In this document: piece by piece, positions 1 to 10,337 of the stretch
How positions within the stretch are numbered: position 1 is the stretch's first letter
Layout of the letters: the number at the start of each line of letters is the position of its first letter
From: Hormiphora californensis
Lineage: Eukaryota; Animalia; Ctenophora
Assembly (NCBI GenBank): GCA_020137815.1
Contig: CM035356.1
Coordinates: 1,054,001-1,118,000 of the forward strand
Direction of reading: 5' to 3'
DNA: 64,000 nucleotides
Made by a program: the position numbers and the translations under genes
Notes under the pieces: model-generated
Database searches by the model: none
What the model saw: only the letters and a program-made list of their open reading frames with translations
What the model was told of the DNA's origin: nothing

Positions 1-33
1 GACTTTGCACCTGAACCAGAGGTCGCTTTCAAC

Positions 34-2502
34 ATGAAGCCTATCTCCTGGAAGGAACACCAGTCGGTGGTGGAGAAGGCTCGCGCTAGAAGTGCACCAG
101 GTCCCAATGCCATCCCATACTTGGTGTACAAGCGGTGTCCTAAGATTTCCCGGAACTTGTGGAACTTGAACAAGTCTGCTTTTAAGTACCGGAGATATCC
201 AGAAAACTGTCGCTGGTTTGAAGGAGTGTACATTCCCAAGGGGGAAGGGGATTTCACTCCGGCGACTGGTAGACCGATTTCCTTAGGTAACGTCCAGGGA
301 AAGATCTACCTAGGGACACTTGCGAGGCGCTTAACAGAGTTTGTCGTAGAGAACGGGTACGTGGATAGGAGGATCCAGAAAGGTGGTGTTCCTGGGGTAA
401 GTGGATGTGTGGAACACTTCGGGGCTATGTGGGAGACCTTGAAGGACGCAAGGATTATGAGGCGGGACCTGTCGGTGGTCTGGTTGGATTTGGCGAATGC
501 CTATGGTGCCGTGCCTCACCTCTTGATCGTCAAGGCTCTCCGGTTCTATCGAGTTCCACAGCCGATCGTGGACATAGTCCTGAGTTACTTTTCTGGAGTC
601 TTCGGTAGGTTCAGTTCAAGGGAGGTAACATCGAACTGGCAACAGTTCGAGGTCGGAATATTCATGGGGTGTGTCATCTCCGTTATTTTGTTTGTACTGT
701 GTATGAACATGGTATCGGAGTATCTGGCCATCAAGATACCGCGTAGTGTGGCCTACGTGAAAGATGGCACACCGGTCCCTCCTTTGAAGCTGTTCATGGA
801 TGACAGTTGCCTCGTCACTGCCACACAGAGTGACATGCAAGTTATGTTGTCGGTGTTTGGAGAGTTTGTGGAGTGGGCGAGATTTACTGTTAAGTCATCT
901 AAGTCTCGGGCCCTGGTGTTGGAGGGAGGTAAGGTGGTAGAGTCGGTGAGTTTGTCGTTTGGGGGTGAGATGATCCCGAACGTTACTGAGAAGCCGATTA
1001 AGTTCCTTGGTCGGTGGATTCGGGCTGATGTAAGGGACACCGTCGCCATCGAGGAAACAGCTCGCCAGCTGAAGTTGTGGATGGGACGGTTGGACGAGAG
1101 TGGATTATCGGGTTTGGAGAAGTGCTGGGGTTACCAGTATCTTGTTCTGCCTAAGATGAAGTGGCCTCTGGCAATCTACGACACCCCGTTGACCACCGTA
1201 GCAGCCTGGGAACAGTCAGTAAACAGTTTCCTGCGAAAGTGGTTGGGTGGAGGTCACACTCTTAGCAGACTTTGTCTGTTCAACTCGGAGTCTTCTGTAC
1301 GGCTCCCGTTGAACAGCCTCCTTGACACCTGGAAAGTGGAGAAGTGTAGACTGCAGCAGACTTACAGTTCTTCACAGGATGAAGTTATCCTAGCGCTTCA
1401 GCCTCTTGTCAGGTCTGGTAGGAAGTGGAAAGCAGGGGAAGAGTTAGAGGAGGCAGTTAGTGATGTTCGGTGTGATGCAGTCCGCGGTATGATTCCTCCA
1501 TACCCTAGGGCAGGGATTGGCTTCGGTGAGTGGCGAAAGCCTTGGGAGAAGCTGTCGGACAGCGAGAGGAGAGGTGTTGTGATTGAGCGAGTTCGAGAGA
1601 GGTTAGACCAGGTGAGGACTGTAGAGACCATGCAGTTAGAGGTTCAGGGGATGTGGTTAGCTTGGAGGGAGGATGTGGTCTCGATGGAGTTTAGCTGGAG
1701 AAGCCTATTCGACATGAAGGAGGGAATGGTTGGCTTCATCCTAAGAGCAGTATATGGAACCCTTGTCGTGCCGTCGCTTGCAAAGAAGTGGAAGGAAGGG
1801 GAAGACGGTCTTTGCAAGCTGTGTGGTGATGCTCCAGGGAGTATTCGCCATATTCTAACCGGCTGTAAGGTGGCTCTGGGTCAGGGGAGATACCGGTGGC
1901 GGCATGACAAGGTCCTGCGGCAGATAGGCGAGCAGGTAAAGTTTCACTGCGAGGTCCGTGCTAACGCTGCATCGAGGTCCACGAGAGGGTCCCGGAGTAT
2001 CGAGTTCGTTGCTGAGGGTAAGAAGGGGAAGAAGAAGGGGAAGAAGAGAGTTAGTGGGTGTGGGATCCTGTCAGGCGCTAAGGACTGGGTTGTCCTCTCT
2101 GACATCGGAAGTCAGCTCAAGTTCCCGGCGGAGATCGCCCAGACCAGGTTAAGGCCTGATCTTGTTGTCTTCTCGCGAGAGGTAAAGACGGTGATCTGGT
2201 GGGAGCTCACTTGCCCTGCAGAAGAGAGAATAGGGGATGCCCATACTCTCAAGATTGAACGGTACACGGACCTTGAGAGGGAGTGTGAGTCTAATGGGTG
2301 GAGGTGTTTTAATATGGCGGTAGAGGTTGGGGCTCGAGGGCAGGTCGCGGATAGTCTGGTTAGAGCAGCTTCTCGTCTTGGGTTTAGAGGGAGGGGTCTT
2401 AGGAAGCTGGTTAAGGACACGGGGAAAGAGGCTGCTCACTGTTCCATGTGGATCTACTTCCATTCGGCGAAGAAGGAGTGGGAGTACAGGAATGTGGAGT
2501 AG
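34..2502 (+). mobile_element. Non-LTR retrotransposon ORF (RT + CCHC finger + restriction-like endonuclease), HERO-like clade, 5' end outside window
   Basis: RT motifs WLDLANAYG, GIFMGCVISVILF, LFMDD, KFLG. Zinc knuckle CKLC..HILTGC, RYRWRHD, and RLE motifs RPDLV, ELTCP, K..RY.DL, VEVGARG. FMDD and GCxIS variants are typical of HERO elements. Confidence 0.9.
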
Positions 2503-2883
2503 TGGAGGCAGTGAAGTGGTTGAGACTCGCCCTCGCAGTGGAGTGTGTGTTTGGACGGGTGTACCCTTACTGTCATAAACCTGTCAAAGGGGGAGGCAGT
2601 GAGGGACCCCAGTCGACACATTCATTCCGGGCAACTGGGTATAGATCGAACGGTGGTCTCAGATTATCGAGATTGCCGGGGCGCCTGACTTAGTACCTTG
2701 TGTACCCGTACCGAATTAAAGCCCCGAAACGGTGTCAGGTTTACGGCTGATGAGTTCGATCTGAGTCTCGGTTTCTGGCGAGTGTCCACATTTACCATCT
2801 TAGTGGACGGAGGGTCTCGGTCTTTCCGCTGTTCCGGATCTCTTGGTGTTTGGCGGAGTTAGGTGTCGTTAGGTTGCGTTTAG

Positions 2884-2990
2884 GTTTGGAGGTTTGGAGG
2901 TTGGCGGAGGTTTGGAGGTTGGCGGAGGTTTGGAGGTTGGTGGAGGTTTGGAGGTTTGGTGGAGGTTTGCTGGTTGTTTGGTTTGGAGGT
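2884..2990 (+). repeat. G/T-rich tandem repeat (GGAGGTTTGGAGGTTGGC-like) downstream of the retrotransposon 3' UTR
   Basis: About three 18-bp units plus degenerate copies, read directly. Confidence 0.8.
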
Positions 2991-3147
2991 TGGCTTTGCG
3001 GGGTTTGTCTCGGTTCTTTGGGTTTGGTCTGGCAGCATGATTCATGTTCTCAACTTACATATTTTCGAATGACTTTTAACAGGCCAGTCCCCATAGTTAC
3101 CAATTCAGTTGTCATGGCAACGGTTTTATTGACGTTGAAAGTGAAAG

Positions 3148-3215
3148 AACCACCCGGCTAAGCCGGGTGGGTTATCAAAAACCCTTCCTTGAGGCGCACC
3201 CAGTGGGTGCGCTAG
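3148..3215 (+). mobile_element. Possible Helitron-type 3' end (two GC-rich hairpins then CTAG|T)
   Basis: CACCCGGC-taa-GCCGGGTG (3151-3169) and GCGCACCC-agt-GGGTGCGC (3194-3212) followed by CTAG/T. Confidence 0.4.
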
Positions 3216-4532
3216 TTAAATATAATTACAGTTCAATTACATGTCAACAACACGTAGTCAATGCAACAAAAAGACTAATGTAAAACTAACAATATTGTTT
3301 TATATGTACACTGAAACTTAATGGAAACGAAATGAATGTGTTTTATATTCTTCCCACACACTTTTGTCTGAAAATGAAATTAGAAACGAAATATTTCTCT
3401 CCAATATAGAATTTTCAAATAATCCAAAAGTGTGTTGATCTTGTTTGAAAACAATTAACAACTCAGGAATCTGATTGGCCTCATTTATCTTCTCATCCTT
3501 GATTTCAGTCTTCTTCATCGAGTCTCCGAAGACAAAGTGTGTGAAATTGAATGTTATGTAACGCGCGAGAAGAAAATTGAGGGTAAAGTACTGTTTACTT
3601 CGCGCGGTGAGCCTCTTTCACGCGGTAAGCGCGCGCTCTCTTCTGCATGCTGCGTGCACTGCACAGTGCAGTCTCTTTCCGATGCTGTGCACTCTCTTTG
3701 AGGCTCTCGGACTCCTTACGGGTCACCATCAGTCTCCCAAAAACGTCCAAGAGGCCTCAAGTCTTGAAATTTAAAAACGCATTTTCACATTTTTTGAATT
3801 TGACCAATTTGGTGCGCGTCGCAATGTGCGCGTCGCATGCGCGTCTCATGCGCGTCGCGATATGCGCGTCTCAACACATTCGGGGTGCCTCCATAGCCAT
3901 GGAACCACATGGCCGATTTGAGTAAACTAAACGGTATCAGTTAGAGAATCGATAGCCCTAACCGATAACCCCAAACCAAACCCTAACCAGACCCTAACGG
4001 ATAGCCCTAACCCGTCGCGCGCGCCAAAACTACCAATTGTTAGCAATGAAAGGCACCCAGATTTTAACGTTTTCCTTATCAGGAACCGGAGATATGACAA
4101 ATTTTTTATTTCAGGGGGGTGACAGTTTCAAAAAATCCGAGTATAATGCTCTTGTCAAAATGTGGCGCGCGAAAGAACCCTCTTTATGCTCTGCGGTGCG
4201 TTACAAACGCGCGCGCAGCGCAGTTAGCACAAATGCAAATCCAAAATTTCGCAGTTTTCATCGATTTTCGAAGATTCTTTCCAATTTTTTTGAAAAGCCC
4301 TGCCTTATCCCGGGGGCCAGCAGCGTTTGCCAACTCTTTTTCTTTTTCTTTTTTCTTTTTATCTTCTTATCCGACACCGGCAGCGTTTGTCAACCAATTT
4401 TTCTTCTTTTCTTTCTCCGTCTTTTTGGCCTGGGTGTCCGCGGACATCCGGACACCCACGAGCGCCGTCCCTGACATTACATCTGAGGCTCAGATGTTGT
4501 TATTTCACATTTACCATTTCCCCATTGTAGCC

Positions 4533-5783
4533 ATGTTTAACCCACTTACAGCAGCTGCTGCGGCAACTCCTTCTGCTCCAATGACGCCTGTGTCACAACT
4601 GGATTTGCTCTTGAGGAAACCTAATTTACAGGACTTCTTTAAAATTTACCCAAGCTACAACTATGATCTCCAACAACCGTTATCGACACCGCCCAACCAC
4701 TATGCCCAACAAACTACCCACCCGCCCCTTCCCACCCCTTCACCTCCAATGTCACGGCACTATGACACCCCGCCAATCCAACCATCTACCACGCCGTTAA
4801 ACTCGTGGGCGTCTGCAAAAAAGAATGTTTATGGCACCGAACCTTTTGATTGTGATAAGATTCGCCCCGCTTCTTTGGGGTCTTGGTTCGAGCAGAAGAA
4901 AGTCACCCTTCCAGACCAGCTGTACACCCCAAATACTGCTAGTTTGGAGTTTCGGAGGACATTCACTAACAGCAAACTACCAAGACTTTGGGAAGGTGAT
5001 CTCCAGCAACGCGATTACAACACCGGATCTGGGATATTCAGCAAGAAAATATTCATTGGTGGACTTCCACGGGACATGACTGATGATGACATCTTGACTG
5101 TATTTGGAAAGTTTGACGCGGACGTACGTATCGAGTGGCCTGAGAACCGTCCCAACAACAGAAATTGCCCTAAAGGATACCTCTACATTTTGTTTCTGAC
5201 GAATAAGAACGTTAGAGATCTACTCTATCGCTGTGATCTAGTTATCGAGGGAGGGTGCGAAACCTTCAACTTCCCCATCATCTACAAGGGGAAAACTAAA
5301 CAACTTCAAGTGATTCCCTGGCTTACTTCTGACAGCTACTTCCAATTTGCTGAACCAACTGAGATGCAGAGAGCAAAGTTCACTGTGTTTATTGGTGCAC
5401 TACACGGTCGTCTGCACGCCAAGGCCGTTGCTTACATCTTCAACACGATGTTCGGCAGTGTAATGTCCGTCACCATTGATACTGATCGGCACAAATACCC
5501 GACAGGATCGGGTCGGATAACATTCAGCAGCAGGGAGAGTTACACAAACGCAATTGTGGCAAACTTTGTGCAAATAGATTCTAAGAAGATAAGCAAGAAA
5601 ATCCAAATTGAGCCATGCATAGATGGCCAGAAATGTTGCTCCTGCCAACAAGACGAGGCACCCAACTTCTGTAAGGAGGAACAGTGTTTCGAGTATTTCT
5701 GCAACAGCTGCTGGCAAAAACACCACAAGTTTGGGAGGATCACCCACGTTCCGATTAGACGAAAGAACCGATTCGAGTTGTAA
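4533..5783 (+). CDS. CPEB1: CPEB1-subfamily protein, paralog A (P-rich N-terminus, RRM1-RRM2-ZZ), intronless
   Basis: WEGDL, SKKIFIGGLP, QVIPW, TVFIGALHG, IDTDRHKYPTGSGRITF, and a C-terminal ZZ finger. GALHG marks the CPEB1 rather than CPEB2-4 group. ATG 4533 (in frame with ORF 4119) chosen because upstream sequence is repeat-like and TAG lies 2 nt before it. Confidence 0.92.
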   Translation: MFNPLTAAAAATPSAPMTPVSQLDLLLRKPNLQDFFKIYPSYNYDLQQPLSTPPNHYAQQTTHPPLPTPSPPMSRHYDTPPIQPSTTPLNSWASAKKNVYGTEPFDCDKIRPASLGSWFEQKKVTLPDQLYTPNTASLEFRRTFTNSKLPRLWEGDLQQRDYNTGSGIFSKKIFIGGLPRDMTDDDILTVFGKFDADVRIEWPENRPNNRNCPKGYLYILFLTNKNVRDLLYRCDLVIEGGCETFNFPIIYKGKTKQLQVIPWLTSDSYFQFAEPTEMQRAKFTVFIGALHGRLHAKAVAYIFNTMFGSVMSVTIDTDRHKYPTGSGRITFSSRESYTNAIVANFVQIDSKKISKKIQIEPCIDGQKCCSCQQDEAPNFCKEEQCFEYFCNSCWQKHHKFGRITHVPIRRKNRFEL

Positions 5784-6542
5784 AATGTAGAACGGAAATA
5801 ATGAGATCTGGAAAAAGAACAACTAACCTAACTTTATACTTACTTTAGCTAGACAAGTTTAATTTTCATATTTCAGTTAAATAGTGATAACTAACAGCAT
5901 TGCTGTTAACAAGTAGTAATAAGCTGTTTATATGACACAGTAACACTTTTTTGAACCTATTTTTAAACAAAAGATCGGCGTTTGCATCTGTAAGCCCTTT
6001 TTGGTTTTATATTTTTCATCTGTAAGCTTTTTCAAACTGTACCTAATCCTATAATATATTATGTTATGTGAGCACCAGTTGTTTAGTACGCTATGCATTA
6101 GACAGCATTTTTTAAATTTGAACCACATTAAAATAAATACTTTTCTGACGAAGTTGGGAAGCTTAATGCATAGTAAATATTTTGATGGAGTTTAAAGTTT
6201 AAACTGCATTAACAAGTGTGTAAACTTTACACCCCCCATGCTCTGGTCTGTTGCCATGGTCTGTTGAGCATTGAATTTTTTCAAGCATTATTCTGAGTTT
6301 TTGAGCGTTTGATCCAAAACAGGAAATTAAACCGAAGACATCTGTTAACTATTTAGTATTTATATTTAACCCGTACTGTAACTCAAACTACCATTTTTGG
6401 ACCTCATTTGTTTTAATCGTACCTATCCTCCTTCATCAACACATTCCCATTCTTTCCTCCCTGGGTTCGCCCTGTCTTGCTAACGCATCTTGATATCCTA
6501 ACTTCCCTATCTCAGACTAAATATCCCAACTTCCTTAGACTG

Positions 6543-8155
6543 ATGATGGCAGTGCAGTCCATGGACTTCGACGAAGAGTATATGGAACGGTTGCGGAAAG
6601 GGGAAACGTTAACTTTCACAAACAAAAACTATCGTATTGAGCGGTATAGATACGAGAATCCGCCACCACAAGTTGAGGCCTCGTCCGCTGATTATTTTGA
6701 AAGCTCGCCCGAACCCACGCCCCGTAGTGGGGTCTATTACAACACAAACAAGGACCAGCAACAGCAACAACCTCAGCAACTTTGTTATCCCGCCCCCGAG
6801 GCAGTAAGAGAAATGCCGGTGGACCCCTCGCAAACCCCTCAGTTACCAGTGACAGCTGATGCCGCAGCTTTCTACGTTTCAGATATCGAGAATAGCCTAC
6901 AAATGGCAGGGCAAGTGTCCCAGCAGGAGCTCGAGAATAAGCAGTACAAGAGACAATGGCTTTGGTTGTGGCTGAAGGAGGTCGAGAATGCGATTATTAC
7001 CTACTGGCAATGCGGCCAGAAAATCATCACCGAACTTAATCAGTTATCACCGGGCGGAGATCAGTACTACAGTAACACGAGTGCCTATCTACCACAACAA
7101 TCACAGTACCAGCAGCAGTACAGTAGCTATAACATTCCCCAGGAGCAGCAGTACCCTATGTTTGAGCAACAGACAGAACCTGGTAAACACCCACAGGTGT
7201 TGATCCAAAACAAGCAACAACCCCAAGCAGCACCAACTCAGCAGCAACAGCAGCCTCATACCATACTGACCCATCAGCAACACCCAAAATCCCAGAAAAA
7301 TCACCGAGAGCAGCACAAGGTTTGGGAGGGTGACCTGCCGAAGAGGAAGCGACAGCCGGGTGAGAATATTGTAGCTGAGGCCCGGAAATACAGTAAGAAG
7401 GTGTTTATCGGTGGAGTTCCAGTGGGATATCACTGAGGATCAGTTAAGAATTGCATTTGGAAAGTTCGGCCGGTTTACCGTGAAATGGCCCACACGGGAC
7501 AGCAACACCGCCCCCAATGTGCGAATCAAGGGGCACCTGTACCTTATCTTCGAAGAAGCAGAAAGTGTTAACAATCTGATTGACCAGGTTAACACGGGAT
7601 ACGAGGCAAACGGGGGTTCTATAACCTTCAACTTCCGGATCAAGTGCAACAGAAACAAGCACGTGCAAGATTGTGCCCTGGCTGCTCTCCGACAATTACT
7701 GGGAGGATAAAAACTGGGACGAATCGTGGGAGTTACGGACAATCTTCGTGGGAGGGCTCCACGGGAAACTGTACGCACAGGCTCTCTTCATGATCTTCGA
7801 GCAACTGTTTGGGAAGGTAGTCTCGGTGAAGATTGATACGGATGATTTTAACTATCCAACGGGGTCAGGAAGCATCACTTTCAGGAGTATCGGGAGTTAC
7901 AAAAAAGCAATCGAGGCCAATTACATCGTGGTGAAGACTTCGGCATTCGGTTCTAAGTCTATTGAGATCCAACACTTTATGGAGGATAAACCGTGCTGTA
8001 TGTGCAAGAATGTAACGGGCAAAAAGTTTTGCAAAACAGAGTGTTATGAGTATTTCTGTGATGTCTGCTGGAGACACCATCATCGGTCCTTTGCAACGAC
8101 CCATTCGTCAGTAACGAGAAATCACAAGAATAAGAACAGTGATCATCTTCTGTAG
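6543..8155 (+). CDS. CPEB1: CPEB1-subfamily paralog B with Q-rich N-terminus; two +1 frameshifts (about 7423 and 7669), error or pseudogene
   Basis: ORFs 6477-7436, 7411-7710 and 7673-8155 join as YSKKVFIGGVP/WDITE...VQ/IVPW...TIFVGGLHG...IDTDDFNYPTGSG...ZZ finger. Confidence 0.85.
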
Positions 8156-8517
8156 ACCTTTAATATATTAGTCAGAAATTAGTTATTATGTTAGTCTACT
8201 TGACCTGCTAAAATGTTCTTTTGTTATCTTTTTTTTATTTTGTGACAGGATTCGAGAGTGTTGTTGTAATCTAGGAGGTGTATGTTGTCATGTAGTTTAG
8301 CGGTCAAGTTAGCAGTTATTAGGGGTCCTTCAAAAGCTATGTTGGTTGTTGTTAGTCAGATTTCCTATTTTTCCTATTTTAATCATCCTTTTTGAGTGGC
8401 CCCTATCTTTAATCAGACACATTTTCTATTTATCAGATATGTTTATGGCAGTCCGAAGATATATAGTTACACGGTTTTAGACCGTTATTTAGTGGTTATT
8501 GTTTGGTTCACTTTTGG

Positions 8518-8562
8518 GAATGAATCTGATACGAATGAATCTGATACGAATGAATCTGATAC
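8518..8562 (+). repeat. 15-bp tandem repeat GAATGAATCTGATAC x3
   Basis: Read directly. Confidence 0.85.
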
Positions 8563-8668
8563 CTTTTCTACACATCTTGCTTCGTTTCTATTTTGTGTCG
8601 ATATAATAATATTGGTACATATCACCCAACAAATACTCTCTAATTATCACCTTCCCCAATTAGGTATC

Positions 8669-9712
8669 ATGTCTGCACTACAACTCGCATATGAGGATAT
8701 TTGTGCTAAAGCTATGGCCCAACTCAATATTCTTCAATCCTCATCCCGCTCCTGCATTACTATCAGTCAACCGGCTAGTAACCCGACAAATTTCCTGCAT
8801 CACGTGTATAGCAGCCCAGGAAATCCCTCAGACTCCTCCACCAATCCGTGTCCCTACTGCATCCTTCGGACCTGGACTCACTTCTAGCAACAGTTCAACA
8901 GTTTGGAAGGGTGAAATCTACCCGGACCGATTGAATCTGACCAGTGGAGTAGCTCAGATCTCGAGGAAGCTGTTTATCGGTGGGATTAGCAAACACATAA
9001 CAGAGGCAATGTTGACAGCGAGGTTGATCCCCTTTGATCCTGATATGGTCCTAGTCCGACCTGAATCCCGGCAGTCCAAGGGGTATGTCTACGTTATAAT
9101 GAGTTCGAAACTATGCCGTTGCAAACCTTCTGAAAACAATGTCACTATGTCATGGAGGGGGGATTCCAAACTTTCCTCCTGCCAATTTTCTACCTAGGCC
9201 GTGTTAAACAGCTTCAACTTGTGCCCTGGTCCCACTCTGACAACCGGTTCATTTCTTCAGTGTCCCCCGCCGTTCCCATCCCGAAGCGGCATCTTACTGT
9301 TTTTGTGGGTGCCCTGCACGGCCGACTGCACGCCCGGGCTATTTCCCAGATCTTTGGGGAGCTATTTGGTGAGGTGATGGATGTTCATGTTGACACAGAC
9401 AAGTACAACTATCCCACCGGATTCGGACGGATTTCCTTTCTCCGGCGGGAGAGTTATGTGGCTGCTATCAATGCTAACTACGTCCACATTGATTGTATAA
9501 AGATCAACAAGAGGGTTCAGATTGAACCTTACATTGATGGGCAGGAGTGCTCCCTCTGTAGTGAGAGTGATGTCCCTAACTTTTGCCGGGAGTTAACCTG
9601 TTTTGCATTTTTCTGCAATAGCTGCTGGCTCCAGAAACATAACTCCACTGACCTGTCTTACCATGAGCCTGTCCGCCGCAAGTCCAAGTCTTCGAGACGA
9701 GGAGAGTTTTAA
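8669..9712 (+). CDS. CPEB1: CPEB1-subfamily paralog C, short N-terminus, divergent; about three frameshifts (near 8820, 9113, 9148), error or pseudogene
   Basis: WKGEI, SRKLFIGG, KGYVY, QLVPW, TVFVGALHGRLHA, VDTDKYNYPTGFGRISF and a ZZ finger, spread over ORFs 8396, 8691 and 9152. Confidence 0.8.
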
Positions 9713-10337
9713 ATTGTAAACTGACGGTGTAAAAGTGTGTCCTAGGGGGACAAGTTGTTTTAAAAATCATACAAGTTAGACAATAATTCACCCTGTTTTT
9801 AAATTATATTATTTATTATTTTTAACAATTTATTTAATCACAATTTTATACTTAAAATCAATACACTGTCATCTCGGATATTTATATCTTTTACGTATCT
9901 TTACTATTAGTTTTGTTCAAAAATATAATTACTTATCATCATATATCTTTAATATTATCTTATCTGTTATCATCCATAAGAGAGTTGACGAGCATTCAAT
10001 GACATTTATTTGACTCGATCAGGTCTAATTTATACACTTTACGTCGCTTGAATTGAAAAAGAGTGATCAGTTAATGAAAAAATCTATAATCCTTTAGTTT
10101 TCGAGAGACAACACGCTTTAAAATTATCATTTAACAAACTATCATGATTATTATGTTTTACAAACACCGGGTTTATAAAAAACTTTGTGCAATTTACCAG
10201 CCGTGATTTGCTGTTTTATTTTGTCCGAATTGAATTACGAGTTTAATTTTTGTTCACTCTCCCCAGCCCCATGACATGATTCTCCTAAATTAATAACCCC
10301 CCTCTTTTTCTAGTTCAACAGTTATAGTAAAGTCAAA

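Noticed and set aside
2678-2739. HDV-like ribozyme in the retrotransposon 3' UTR
   Set aside because: Crossing helices exist, but spacing does not fit P3/L3/P1.1/P4.
4119-4532. Hydrophobic N-terminal extension of CPEB A in the ORF track
   Set aside because: Starts at GTG in T-rich repeat sequence; ATG 4533 after an acceptor-like site fits better and aligns with the start of paralog D.
5784-6140. CPE elements (TTTTAT) plus AATAAA in 3' UTRs of cluster genes, suggesting autoregulation
   Set aside because: Present, but expected by chance in such AT-rich DNA; 3' ends are unmapped.
7415-7680. Programmed frameshifting or RNA editing to restore CPEB B
   Set aside because: No slippery sites, and similar indels occur throughout the window, so assembly error is simpler.
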